A stretch of 64,000 bases of DNA, from NCBI RefSeq assembly GCF_009914755.1, contig NC_060947.1. One strand, written 5' to 3'. Source of the DNA: the human T2T-CHM13v2.0 reference genome, Homo sapiens. Positions 23,591 to 36,290 of this stretch are shown piece by piece (positions within the stretch are counted from its first letter, which is position 1; each line of letters begins with the position of its first letter). The translations under genes were made by a program, and so were the position numbers. A model generated the notes under the pieces. It worked only from the letters and a program-made list of their open reading frames with translations, ran no database searches and was not told the DNA's origin.

Positions 23591-25931
23591 AACTTGGGAG
23601 TTGTGGGCCAGGTCATGGGGATCTAGAGCAGGCTGGCATTGCCTATCCACCATACTGCAACACTGGTCCATGGTTTCTCCCAGAAAGAACATGCATGTCC
23701 AAACCCACCCCCAGGAGAGACTGAGAAAAGCACCACTGTGCTGGTCACGCACTCACTTCTGGCACAGATGGGTACAGCTTGGGAAGCAGGTCAGGTTCTA
23801 GCCTCACCTGATGAGGCTGAAGATGAACAGATGCCCAGAGCATTGAGGGCTTAAAAATGAAATTCAAAGACTCCTCATCCACTTTTTATTTGCATCAAGA
23901 TTATTCTAACCCAAATCCTATCAAAGAAAGCAGAAAGATCCTAAACCATGAATTCGCCCCTCCCACGCTTGCTACCCCCATTTTGTTAGTTTCTTAACGT
24001 GAACAGATTACCTTACTCTTGGGTTTCAACTAGCTGTTTTCATCCTTATCCTTAGTTGTAAAGAAAAAACTCCCATTTAACCTAAATGCAAATAGCCAGG
24101 AAAAGAAAAGGAGGGTCAGGTTCCATGTTATTTTATAAAGCATTACAAAATGACAAACAAGATAATACTGGGAATTTAAAAAAAATTCAATTAACTTCAA
24201 GAGCTATCACAAGGTTTGTGTAATTCATAGGAACAATGTAATGAAATGTTTATAGTGTCACTAGAGTCCTGGCAAAGATTGAAGTACCTGTGACAGATCA
24301 AAGAAAAAATAAAACATTATTCCATTTAGGTGCAGTGTTATGGATATCCTGGTACTATAGCTCTTTGGAAATGATTAACTCCATGTGGTATTGATGGTAA
24401 TGATCCATTTTCTGGCATAATGAATTAGGCATTCCTCCATTGTTCCATAGCTTGGCTTCATTGTGTGTGTATATATCAATGGCAACTTTTTTTATATACC
24501 TTTCAGTTTCACACTCACAAAATAAAAACACACCCCCTAGGCTGCCAGAGAAGAAAACATGAGCCTCAGAGCTGATTTATTTTTATCACCCACATAACCC
24601 TATTTCCTACGTGAGACATGAAACCACATCAAAGAAGGAATAGTTTTTACTTCTCTGAGCTGGGAGGGAAATTGCTATTCTTCAAGCTGGGAGCTCAGAA
24701 ACCTTTGTTGAAAAGTGTCCATTTTTATCTAACACGTTCTTCTTCTGAAAGGCCCTTGTTTTTAAGGAATAATTCTTCCAACAAAGACTCACCCATCAGG
24801 CATCCCACTCATGATTAGTTAATCTGTGAAAATGAGAAACAACCTCTAAGTGGTTGACATACTTTAGCAGCAAGAGATAATCACAGCCTCTAATTTCTGA
24901 AAAGCATAATTGTCTTGCGACCGTGGGCTTTTTAAATGGCAGGAACACCAAAAGAAATGAGGTAAAAAGATAGAAAAGTCAGCTATGTGATATTTTTATC
25001 AAATGCCATCGTACTGCCTCTCTCTTCGGTTTGTTTGTTTGTTCGTTTGTTTGTTTTTAATGAAGAGTGGCCTCTAAGACTAATCTGTTTAACATCATGG
25101 CGTTTCCTTGTACTACACTGAACCATCTCCATGGCATTTAAAAGTGAAATATTTGCTTCAGAAATAAAAAAAAAAAGATAGGCAATAAAATGTAGCTGTA
25201 AACAAGGCTTCATGGCTTTATTTTTCATAGATAAATACACAATAAGTTCAAAGTAGAAATGAATTCCTAAAGCAATACTCCACTAATCTGTATTCGGGGG
25301 TCTCGAGCGTATTATCTGTAATTTACAACCAATTTAAATGGCATTAACAGCCTTTCCCTTATGGGAATTTAAATTTGCATCCTACCATTGAATTAAACAG
25401 TGATTGCGTATTTTCTATAGGGGACGAAATGCTCTTTGATGCTTGTTTTGAATAATGAAGCATCTATTCATGCACAGGGTGTGATGTGCTCCTTTGTCCT
25501 CAATGTAATTGAAGCAAAATGTGAGTTAAAGGGATTTTTTCCTCCTAGCCAAAGGTTTGTTGATTGGTGCTTATTTTCATCTATTCAAAATTAAGAAAAC
25601 AGTCATCTCTCACTACACGGGGAAATCATTTACCTAAAAAGGCCCTGAATGAAGGGAGGTCAAGTTTTGCCTTATTTGATCTTTTCAAAGATGAAGGAGG
25701 ATGTCAGAAAATATTGCAAACTAACCTTTGGGGGAATGGTATTATGGAATTAATTTGCAGTTCTTCTCTAGGACCAGAACAAGAAAATTAGAAGTGGAGG
25801 ATAGGGCAAAGGGAGAATATGGCCTGTTTCCAAAGTAAGAAACTTAAATAACCTTGCTCACCTACACCAAACTATACTGAAATAGAAAGGGCAGAGTCTT
25901 TGCAAATCACAGAATCTGAAGCCTTAGAAGT

Positions 25932-26113
25932 CCAGGGATGGCAAATTCATGCGGATTGCCCTCAGTTTCCACAGTGTGCCTATGCCAGACATCAGTAATC
26001 AGTGATAGCCCTCGTGGCCATTAAATGAAGATAGAACCTCATAATCAAGTGCTCTGGGCAGCCAATAGCAATTGATGTGTTGGCACTAGAGGTGAAACCT
26101 ATTTGCCATTTTA
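25932..26113. mobile_element. MER117-like hAT-Charlie MITE
   Basis: TIRs CAGGGATGGCAAAT / ATTTGCCATTTTTAG; internal CAGACATCAGTAATC, GGCAGCCAATAGCAAT, TGAAACCTATTTGCCA. Confidence 0.7.
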
Positions 26114-26338
26114 GTTAATCCACCTATCTCACTTAATACATGGTTCCAGAAAGATGAAGTGGCCCTCCAAAAGTCTGAGAGGTGGCCACTGGCAAAGCTA
26201 GAACTAAGAATATACCACCACTGGTGCTCCATAGTGTGCTTTCCACCCACTACCACCAGCATGCACTCTGTGCCTGTCTTGTGCACACTTATATCCCCAT
26301 AACAGAGCAACTAGTAGATGCTCAATAATTACCTTTTT

Positions 26339-26541
26339 CTGAGACAGAGTCTCACTCTGTTGCCCAGGCTGGAGTGCAGTGGTGCAATCACAGCTCACTG
26401 TAGTCTTGACCTCCAAGGCTCAAGCCAACCTCCCACCTCAGCCTCCAGAGCAGCTAGGACTATAGGCATGTGCCACCATGCCTGGCTTATGGTGGCACAG
26501 GCCTGTAGTAAAGGCGGGGTTTTGCCTTGTTGCTCAGGCTG
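26339..26541 (-). mobile_element. 5'-truncated AluJ with rearranged linker, inserted in an L2 tail
   Basis: Right arm plus part of left arm; perfect 15-bp TSD AATAATTACCTTTTT at 26324-26338 and 26542-26556; flanks TAGATGCTCAATAA...GAATGAATGAATG are the L2 end. Confidence 0.92.
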
Positions 26542-27163
26542 AATAATTACCTTTTTTTAAGTGAATGAATGAATGAATGAGAGATATATACATTGTTAAA
26601 CCTTTATCGTTATGGAAAAGAAGATCCTTCTTTGAAAAACAATAACTCCCCTGGCCTTGCTGGACCATAATTAGGCAAGATCCAAACAAAAATTTAACAT
26701 CTGTTTACCTAAACCTTTATTTAGAGATAGGGAAAATCACAAGTGTCAATAACATCAACAAAAACAAAGCATTTAGAGAAGAAGTAGTTTTTCTTCTTAA
26801 AGCACTCTCATAATATCTATTAATACGCAACTGATACAAAATTGCAAATCATTATTCAGCAAAGAAGTTTCTGAAAAGCTCACCCTGCTGCATTCGAAGT
26901 AAAATCATATTGAAAAATGACATAACTCAGATTTTCCAATAGTTGAAATGGGGTTTTCTGTTTATTATTCTGTATTAATATTCTAGTTATTTCCCTTAAG
27001 GAAGTAAAACACTAAGTGTTCTTGACACTTGTCTATGGAGTATCAGAGTTCCTTGATATTAAATGTCGGCCCTTCTCCCTTACAATAGGACCCACCTGCA
27101 AGATTTAGAATGTTAGGAAATAGGAAAGCTCAACTGTCCCACATTCTTAACATAAGTGTATCC

Positions 27164-27367
27164 CAGTGATTCAACCAGGGTCAGTTTTGCTCCCCCATAC
27201 ACATTTGGCAATGTCTCAAGACATTTTGGTTGTCTCAATTGGGTGCTGCTGGCATCTATGGGTGGGAGCCAGGGATGCTGCTGAGCATTCTACAGTGTTC
27301 GGAACAATTCCACAACAAAGAGTCATCCAGCTCCAAAGGTCAATAGTGCCAAGGTTGAGTAACCCTG
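27164..27367 (+). mobile_element. MER20 hAT-Charlie MITE
   Basis: ACATTTGGCAATGTCT...GACATTTTGGTTGTC...CCAGGGATGCTGCT...GTCAATAGTGCCAAGGTTGAG.AACCCTG. Confidence 0.92.
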
Positions 27368-28119
27368 GTATCTCCCTTCCACCCAAAAGTGTTCATATCA
27401 GTTCAGCCCTATGTTGAATTAGAATGTGTCTCTCTGTGCCAAATAAAACATTTAACTGTGGTTGCCCAAATGTGTCTTTTTTTTTTTTTTTCACTAAGAT
27501 GTCCAGTTTCCTTATGCAGAGGGAAAGGTAGCTACTGATATTCCTCTTGTTTGCTTTCGCACAGAGCCAAACTAAAGACTAGCTCAGGTAGCTCAATGCT
27601 GGATTTTTCCAGAGCATAGAGAAAGGTTTCAGGAGCTCCCCAGTGTCTCAGCTATGCTCACCTAGTGTACTGCACGTTGGCCTAATAAAAGCAGGCAGGG
27701 GCATGAACTGCCCACTACTGCATATATCTGAGGATGGCCTCCCTTTGAAGCTTTATGACCTAGTTGCTCAGAAAAAAGAGTGGAATGTGTGCGTGTTTGT
27801 TTCTTTGTGTTGTTGTTGTTGTTCTGCTAGTTCTAGCTTCACTGCTAATTTGCCTTATGATTCTAGAGATCATGAGCCTGTCACTTACATTTTTTTGCAT
27901 TTCAACCTTTTTGTCTGTACGTAGCACTCCTGTCCTTCTGTTGAAAGATAAAAAGGGAACAGTAAGAGCCAAGATATTTAAAGTGCTACTTAGGGGGGTA
28001 GCATTTCTAACTCCACAGGGGAAGGGACTATGTCTTGTTTATCGTATAGCTTCAGAACCCAGCTGGTGGTTCCGTGCTTAGCACAAAGTAGATCATTAAC
28101 AGATAAGTATTGTCAATAC

Positions 28120-28380
28120 ATTGGAAACTGTTTGACAGCCTCTAGAAAGCTGAACAGTGATCTATCAATTCCACTTCCAGGTATGTACGCAAGAGAAATG
28201 GAAGAGAAATGGGTGCACATATCCTGCAAAGGATGACTACAAAAAGGTTCATAGCAGCTTAATTAACAATAGCCAAAAACTACGAAGAAACTCACCTGTC
28301 TATTGACAGGAGAATGGATAAAGAGTGTTCATACAATGGAATGATGTAGTGCAATAAAAAAGATCCAACTATTTCACATA
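28120..28380 (+). mobile_element. Old L1M fragment (ORF2 end / 3'UTR)
   Basis: CAATTCCACTTCCAGGTAT...GTTCATAGCAGC...AATAGCCAAAAAC...GAATGGATAAA...CATACAATGGAAT. Confidence 0.75.
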
Positions 28381-28434
28381 AAATGCTCAGTAAGTGTCTG
28401 GTAGTGAGGGATGCTCAGTAATGATAAAAAAAAT

Positions 28435-28595
28435 GGTAATAATTATTGAGCATCCACCTTGTGCCAGGCACTTTTAGATGCTTTACACATACTGATTCAT
28501 CTAATCCTAAGAACAACACCAGGGATAGTTTCTATTCCTGTTCTCATTTTACAGAAGAAAATAGTGAGGTACAGAGAGGATCAGTAAATTTTTGT
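28435..28595 (-). mobile_element. MIR
   Basis: TATTGAGCA...TGTGCCAGGCAC...CATTTTACAGAAGAAAATAGTGAGGTACAGAGAGG. Confidence 0.75.
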
Positions 28596-28642
28596 TGAAC
28601 TAAACTGAAGTAAAAATACATTCTGACATTTTTTAAGTACCA

Positions 28643-28914
28643 TGTCTTGGTTCAGGCTGCTATAACAAAGTGCCATACAATGGGGGGCTTACAAACAACA
28701 GAAATTTATGTCTCCCAGTTCTGGAGGCTAGAAATCTGAGATCAGGGTGCCAGCATGATCAGGTTCTGGTGAGGGCTTTCTTCAGGGTTGCAGACCAGAA
28801 ACTCCACCCTCATGACCAAATCACCTCCCAAAGGCCCCACCTCTTAATACCATCACGTTGGAGGTTAGAGTTTCACATGTGAATTTCGTGGAGGAGCACA
28901 TTTAGTCTATTGCA
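28643..28914 (-). mobile_element. MLT1A-type solo LTR with internal deletion
   Basis: TG...CA ends; GCTGCTATAACAAAGTGCCATA; CACCTCCCAAAGGCCCCACCTCTTAATACCATCAC; 5-bp TSD TACCA/TACCG. Confidence 0.9.
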
Positions 28915-29659
28915 TACCGTATCAAAAGCAATATTGAGAAAATGAAAAGCAATGCCTTGTATTTAGTCTAGACAAATCATTTCTGTCCTATGTTTTGGTG
29001 CTTTATTCCAGGCCATTCCATCTTATTCTTTTAACCAATATTGTTTTTCACCAAAGCCTGTGTAGATGTTGTTCTTGTGGTTAAGGGTTGCTATTCAAAA
29101 AGCTCCAGCTAATGGAAACTTGGGGAGGCATTTTGTCTTTGATTTGCTTTGCCTGTCCGGCTACAGGAGGGCAGTCAGTGAATGAAAACTTGAGAGTGAA
29201 GTTTTAGGGCAAGCCAGAGGAGCTTGGAGACCTTAGCTTCACTGCTTGTTAAATAATATAGGCCACACCCCTCCAGAGCTGCCAGGGCTGGGGATACGGG
29301 GCGATGGAAAGGGCTACTCCTCCCATCCTGCAGTTTCAAGAACTCCACAGTTAATATGGTGTTCATGTTTTACAGTGGGTCCATGGAAATATTGTTAAGG
29401 TGGTCTTATGCTTTGTAGTGACCCAAGTGTTTATCTTGTTTGCTGTGATCGTGTTGAGGAAATTGATAGTTGGAGGGGAAGGTGTCACTAGAGTGACGAG
29501 CAACTGTGGTCGTGTCTCAATTGTTCGCATCCAATGCTTCTGCACATTATTTTGGACTCACAAAAATTTCTCCATTAGGAAAGGAAATAAGTACAGGTGA
29601 TGTAGGAATACTCACCTCCATGTCATATTGAAAAAAGGGTTCATTGGTAATGACAAATT

Positions 29660-29730
29660 TGTGTATGTCTGTGTGTGTGAGAGAGAGAGAATTGGAAAGA
29701 GAGAGAGAGAAAGATAGAAAGCGAGAGAGC
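29660..29730 (+). repeat. (TG)n/(AG)n compound microsatellite
   Basis: TGTGTGTGTGAGAGAGAGAGA...GAGAGAGAGA. Confidence 0.85.
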
Positions 29731-30229
29731 ATGGAGAGTTGCAATCACATCCTAGCAGCAAGTTTATTTATGGTTTGCTCAAGGTTTATTCCCCCACCCC
29801 CATCCCTGCATCCCCAGTGGAAGGATTCTGAGAGGACAGAGATGGGACTATTAAATCCCCTCATCTGCACCTCATCTCAGCTCTCAGCAGCAGCTGGTGC
29901 CTCCCCTCTGTGGATGTCGTTACCTGGGTAGCCGAGAGTTCTGGCAGAGGTGATGGATAGAGTGAGCCCTGCTTTCTTGGAGGCTATTCTGGACACCAGT
30001 TTAGAGTAGCTCAAAAATTCAGTAAGTTCAATGCTTTTAGCTGGACTTAACTGACTGTGTTTTGTGGGGCCTAAAAAAGTGTCCCCAAAATTCTGAAAAG
30101 GATCCATTTGAGAGCAGAAGGTAATGACTTGGTCTTGAAATTCTGAGGACATTGAGTAGAAATTCCCTTTCTCTAAGAAACACTTCTAAGACTTTTTAAG
30201 TTAAAGAATGTTTTTCATATGCATACGAA

Positions 30230-30806
30230 TTAATTTTTTTTAGTAATTGACCCTTTTAAATTATACAAGTAATAGAGGGTCACTGTAAAACTTATAAAAT
30301 TGAGAAGTAAAAAGAATAAGTTAAAATAACACTCAAAGAACCAAAATTTGGTATATAACCTTTCAGTTTTCCATGTGTATATGTGTGTATTTCAATAATT
30401 ATTTTTCTTAAATGGAATACTAATGCACTTAGTGATTTGTAAACTTTTTTAAATTAAATAGTATCACTTGAATACATTTCCAAGTTAATAAATAACCTTC
30501 TACACTGTTATTTAATACAGTTGCCTAGTATTCCATTGTGTAGTGTACTAGAATTTATTTAACCAATCCGCTTTTGTGAGCATGTTTCTGAAACTGGATG
30601 TTTCCAGTTTTCCACTCTCGTAAATAAAACTGTGGTAAAATATTTATTTACAATCACTTATGTGCTCTTATAATTAATCGCTAGAATTGTAATTGATGGG
30701 CCAAGAGGCATTTTTAAGGCTTTTGATATGTATTGCTGAATTGCCTTCAGAAAGCCAACATGGGCCCACTCATTCACCAGGAGTGTATGAGAAGAGCCTG
30801 TATCCC
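30230..30806 (-). mobile_element. L1ME-type 3' fragment
   Basis: TAGTATTCCATTGTG...AATTTATTTAACCAATCC...TTTTAAGGCTTTTGATATGTATTGC...CACCAGGAGTGTATGAGA. Confidence 0.75.
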
Positions 30807-32111
30807 AAGCACAGAGGGGTTTGTTTAAACAACATTTTAAAAGCCTGCAATTAACTTCCTTTCTATCACTTTTGCCTCATCTTATAATGTCCATGGTTTC
30901 TCTCTGTTCTCTACCCACTGCTCTGGTACTCTTAGAAAGCCAAGATAGAGGGTAGAACCCATTAGGGGAACTGGTTTTGGCAAACTCTCAAGGAATTTCA
31001 GTTTCATGCTGGAATGAGATGACACAAAGAGCTGCCCATTCATTCTGTGCAAGAGGATATTTACGTTATGTTTTATAACAGTCATAAATGAAAATGGCAT
31101 TAATCTGCCAAGTTGATGTTTTTAAAAGAGAAAAAGGGAGGAGGTGGTTGACCTACCAGAGAAAGCCCTGTGTCTGCCAGAGCTTTGCTGTGCATATGAT
31201 TCTAAATAGCAGGGCAAAGGTGATAGAGCCAGCTCAACATTTCTGTCTCTATGGCAACAGCATCCCTTCTTTGAGCCTCTGACACAGCAGCAGGGACCAA
31301 AATACACTCCTTGCGCACAGTTACACTGCAACTTAGGAGTTTCTTTTTATTCCTTGTAAATGCACAATTTAAAAATATGAGCAAGGACAGAGAAAGAGCA
31401 AATCATGCACAGCTAGAGAAGAGTCTTTTAAATGACTAAGCAAAGAAAATGAACATCCAAAGGGTTTCATGAAGTCTGCAGCCTACATTCACCATGTACA
31501 GAGAGGCTGAAAACCTTTCTCCTATGTAAGTAGAAAAAAAAGCTATGCATACATATAAGTGTGTGCATTAACATTTTCAAGTGTCCTTTCCCTAAATTTT
31601 TAATACAGGTCAGTCTTGCTATCAGCATATCCACTTAGCTCAGGTTATGATTTAATCAATTTAAGCAGCTATCCAGTTTACATAGCTGGAAGCTCCTCAT
31701 ATGCTAAACCCAACAAAACTTCAAAAAAACTCCATTAGCCTTGAGTGTGGAGGGCGTAATTGGCCCCCTTTAAGGTCAGCTCAAACCTACAAGTGGACAC
31801 TAATGCATACTTGAATCCTGTTGAGGTCTATCTAGTCTTCTATTTATTTTGAAAAGATCTTGACAATAAAGAAATGCAGACTTGTGATTATAAACTGTTG
31901 GATTATTTCCGAGCTGATGCCGGGTGATTAGTATTCAAGAAACCTGAAGTGATCATTTAACTGTTAAAGTTAACACTTAGTTCTTAAGAATGTGTCTCAA
32001 TAAATGTCAAGGGAATAGATGAATGACAGAAATACCAAGGAAATATAAGATAGACATTTGATAGTTTCCCTATGTGTGTACTTCCACTGAGTGTGCCAAG
32101 ACCATCTGGTT

Positions 32112-32296
32112 CAGTGGGTCTCAAACAGGGGCAATCTTGCCTCCCCAGGGAACACTTGACAGTGTACGAAGTATTTTTGGTTGTCACAACTTTGGGGAGG
32201 AGAGCTACGCATCTCCTCCTGCGATGCACAGGACAGCTGCATAGCAAATAATGATCTGGCCCCAAATGTCAATAGTACTGAGGTTAAGAAATCCTG
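32112..32296 (+). mobile_element. MER20
   Basis: CAGTGGGTCTCAAACAGGGG...TTTTTGGTTGTCACAAC...TGGCCCCAAATGTCAATAGTACTGAGGTTAAGAAATCCTG. Confidence 0.9.
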
Positions 32297-32739
32297 CTAC
32301 AGTCTGATTGTCCATTTGGCTACTTTTGGCCCAGAGGGTTCTGTGGGTAGATTAAATGGTTATAATTTCTGGCTTGTGTATAAAGGTAAAATTCTACTTA
32401 CCTTACCTGAGCATTAGAATTTTCTTCACTGGTTTTATTGTTACATGATTCCCCCCTTGCTTTAAGCACAGTATGTTCTATTTTATTTTAGGTTAGGACT
32501 CCTGAAAGTAAAAACCAATAAACAGAAAATGAGAGGTGGAGCATTAAAAAAAAAAAAGCTCAGGATGCATTCCTTCAAAGAGAGCACCTGCAAGGTGGCT
32601 AGCACAGAGGGATGCTCAAAAAACAGTAGCTATTGTTATTTTTCCCTATACTTTTTAACACAAAAACACCATATATAAGATAATGTATTGTGTGCTCACT
32701 GCTGAAATAATAATAATAATAATAAACATTTAAGTACTC

Positions 32740-33825
32740 ATTGCCCAACAGCTTTGAAACTTCATTATCCTGCTTTTGTTAATAACTTTCTTGATATTGA
32801 TATAGATATAGATATATAAATACGCAAATTATTTGGCTTTCCTTGTTCTTGAACTTCATATAAATAACATCATACTGTATGCTAATCTCTATGAATTGTT
32901 TATATCACTCAGTAGTATGGTGGGTTTTGGGGGTTTTTTGTTTTTTGGTTTTTGTTTTCTTTTTTTTTTTTTGAGATGATATCTCACTCTCTCACCCAGG
33001 CTGGAGAATAGTGGCATGATCTCAGCTCACTGCAACCTCCGCCTCCTGGGTTCAAGCCATTCTCATGCCTCAGCCTCCCAAGTAGCTGAGACCACAGGTG
33101 CACCACCACCACACCCAGCTAATTTTTGTATTTTTTTAGTAGAGACAGGGTTTTGTCATGTTGGCCAAGCTGGTCTCCAACTCCTGACCTCAAGCCATCC
33201 GCCCACTTCAGCCTCCCAAAGTGCTGGGATTACAAATGTGAGTTACCGCACGCACCCAGCCAATAATATGGTTTTTTTTTTAATGTTCCTCATGTTCATG
33301 TGTATAGCTGTAGTTTATTCACTTTAGCTACTAGATGGTATTCTATTGTATGACTATGTCACAATTTATCCATTTTACTGGTGCTGCACATTTGGCTTTG
33401 TGGTATTGGTCTATTACAAATTAGGTTGCTATGTATGTTGTTGTACATTTCTCCCAGGGCACATGCACAACGGTTTCTTTAGAGTGTATGCTTGAAGTTA
33501 AATTATCAGGCTAAAGGTTTCTGCATTTTAACTTTATTAGGTAATGCCAAATTCTTTTCCAAAGTTTTGTTGTACCAATTTGCACACTTATGAAAAATAT
33601 GTACTAGTTAGCATTGCTCCAACATATGGAAATAATCAACAACTAATACAGTCATTTTTGAATTTTTCTGTTTTGGTGGGCATGAAATGATATCCACTGT
33701 GGTATTAGAAATTAATTAATTAATGGAGTTGAGCAGCATTTCAACTGTTTATAAGTCTTTTGTGTTTCCCTTGTGAAATATTTGTTAATGCCTTTTGTAT
33801 AATTTCCTATTGGGCTGACATATAT
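32740..33825 (-). mobile_element. Old L1M (ME-type) 3' portion, split by AluJb
   Basis: TTGAACTTCATATAAAT...GGTATTCTATTGTATGACTATGTCACAATTTATCCATT...AATGCCAAA...TTGTACCAATTTGCACAC. Confidence 0.75.
32921..33261 (-). mobile_element. AluJb-like
   Basis: Full dimer on minus strand; degenerate TSD AGTAGTATGG / AATAATATGG. Confidence 0.95.
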
Positions 33826-33982
33826 TGTAGCAGGCTGACTTCTAAGATGACCTCCAGTGATTCCCACTTCCTAATATTCACGCTCTTGTGTTATCCCCTT
33901 CCCTTTAATGTGGACTGGACCTAGTGATGTGCTTCTAACCAATAGAGTATGGCAAAAGTGATGGGATTACTTCCGAGATTAG
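33826..33982 (+). mobile_element. MLT1F-like LTR, 5' fragment only
   Basis: TGTAGCAGGCTGACTTCTAAGATGACCTCCAGTGATTCCCAC...CTTCTAACCAATAGAGTATGGCAAAAGTGATGGGAT; stops abruptly. Confidence 0.8.
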
Positions 33983-33984
33983 CA

Positions 33985-34158
33985 TAGGGACTAAACAAGG
34001 GAACAGGAAGGAGACCACAGACACAGATACATGCATATTGCAAATTAAGAAGATAAAATGAACTATTCAATATATGATACTGAGGTAATAGTCTGTCTCT
34101 AGGGGAAAGAATGGAAACGAATCCCCACCTCACCATACACTATCCAAAATGAACCTCT
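33985..34158 (+). mobile_element. L1 ORF2 fragment, inverted relative to flanking L1
   Basis: AACAGGAAGGAGACCACAGAC...CTATTCAATATATGATACTG...ATCCCCACCTCACCATACAC. Confidence 0.65.
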
Positions 34159-34159
34159 A

Positions 34160-34560
34160 CATTATTATACACAGTTATATAATAAGTCATGGTATTTGGG
34201 CGAGCCAATTCCTCCACTTGGTTTCTCTTCTTTAGGAGCATCTTAGATAGGCTGCAGCATTATTCTTCATGTATATTTTGGAAGCAGTATGCCAAGATCC
34301 ATCTTGTTGAAATTGTATTCAATTGTATTCAGTTTATAGTTCAATCTGGGGAAGAGTAGACTATTTATCCTATTAAATCCTCCTACCTGTGAACATAGTA
34401 TGTTCATAGACTTGACTGATTTAGTTTTTCTTTACCATCTTTCAATAGTTTTACAATTTTTTTCATAGAATTATTGTACATGTTAGATTTATTCCTAGGT
34501 ACCTTATATAGTTTTGTTACCATTATAATTGGTATCTTTTAAAAATTTCTTGCAATTGAC
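34160..34560 (-). mobile_element. Old L1M ORF2 fragment
   Basis: TATAATAAGTCATGGTATT...TTTATAGTTCAATCTGGGGAAGA...TGTGAACATAGTATG...TTAGATTTTATTCCTAGGTA. Confidence 0.75.
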
Positions 34561-36290
34561 TTTCATGTATTCATGGAAGCTCCAAAATTATAATTATAAC
34601 CAAGAAAAAAACTGATAGATTTTTGCCTAAGTTTCCAGGAATGCATTTGAGGAACTAAATGAAACAAAACTGTAATTAAGTTATAGTCATATTTTAATAA
34701 TAATTTATATATTCCTATCCCCAGAGTTAATTTAGATATTTTTATATCAAAATGTACAATTAAGAAAAGACATTCTTTTCATTAGTTCTTTATATTTGTC
34801 TAATTATTTGAACTTTCTTGTTGTTGCGCTTACATTTACTTCGGTCTGACCAAATTTCCCACCAATGTGAGGAGTTATGATTATTTAATGGCTACTCCAG
34901 ATGGCATTTTCAGAAGAAAATTTTGTTCTTATTACTTCATTTTTTTCAATTTTCATCAGCTGTTAACATCTCCAAAATTTCATCACAGACATTCTTCAGC
35001 GACTCTGCTTTATTACGGGATTACCGGGTTTTATTGATAAATATAAGGAACTGTACAAGGAAAATCATTATATATACATTAAAACAATGTAAAGGTAGGG
35101 TTTAAACTACCCACCTAACTTCTCTCCTCCTTAACACCTCTTAACATGTGCAGAAAGATTTAAGAAATATGAGTACTCTGTGCACATGTACACTCATACT
35201 TTTTCATCACTTAGTGATTGACTTCAACTGCTGATGTCTATATATAATAAATGAAGATAAATTTATCTTCAAGTAATACTCTTGAGAAGTGTTCATTTCT
35301 TTATTTCAAGGCAGAACCATGATGAAAAGATGTCTTTTGGAAGCCTTATCCATTCCAGATGAGGCTGAGGCATGCTCAGCTTGGGGGTGGGTTTCTAAAG
35401 AAACAGGAGGTGAGAGGCTAGGTTGAAGTTGGAAATTTTCACCTTAGGGGAACTAAAGACAGCAAGGTGAGGAAAGTTGAATTTTGAGGTCCAAGAAGCA
35501 GGGAAGGGAGACCAGAAGATTGTTCAAACTAGAGGAGCCCATTTGGGTCTCAGAGTTGGAGAACAAGGCTAGAGATTCATGGCTGGGGGAACAAGAGCCC
35601 AAGTGTCTGCAAGGTACCATCAAGACATGCACTAAACCCCAAACCAAGCTCTTTTGCATGGCTGCTAGAGAAGTCCAGGTCCTATTGGCTGAATACTCCA
35701 GGGCATTCAGTGAGCTGAGAATGACCCTCAGACATGAAATCTGAAACACAAAGAGGGCCTCAGTCATTCATGCTGCTGGGGCCCTGGCTGCCCCACCTTC
35801 CATGACTCCACCCCTTTCTCACCCTGCCCTGTGATGTGCAGCCCCAGCTTCCTGACCTTGCTGGGTCTGTTTCCAGCCCTTACCACTCATCAGTACTGTT
35901 TGCTCCTTAGTCAGATGGGCTGAGGTGCTTTGTATTCTTCTTCCTGTCCATATACGATTCCCTTATATCTATTCCCTGTACCCTCTTGAAGCATCACCTA
36001 CTAACCATAATAGTTAAGGGAAGCTATGGTGCTATTACAAAGAGCCTCCAAAAATTCAGTGGCTTAAAGAATCAAAGACGTTTTTTTTTCTCTTAGTATT
36101 GGTCTAAAGTAAGGGTTCTATATTCATAGGCAGCACTGCCTCATGGAGTCATTCAAGGACCCAGGTTCCTTCCACTTTGTAGCTCCCCAAAACCTTAGGG
36201 TAAGAATTCTTAACCTAGGGTTCATGGATAGAACTCAAGAGGTTCATGAACACTGATGGAAAAAAAAATCACCATTATTTTAACTAACCT

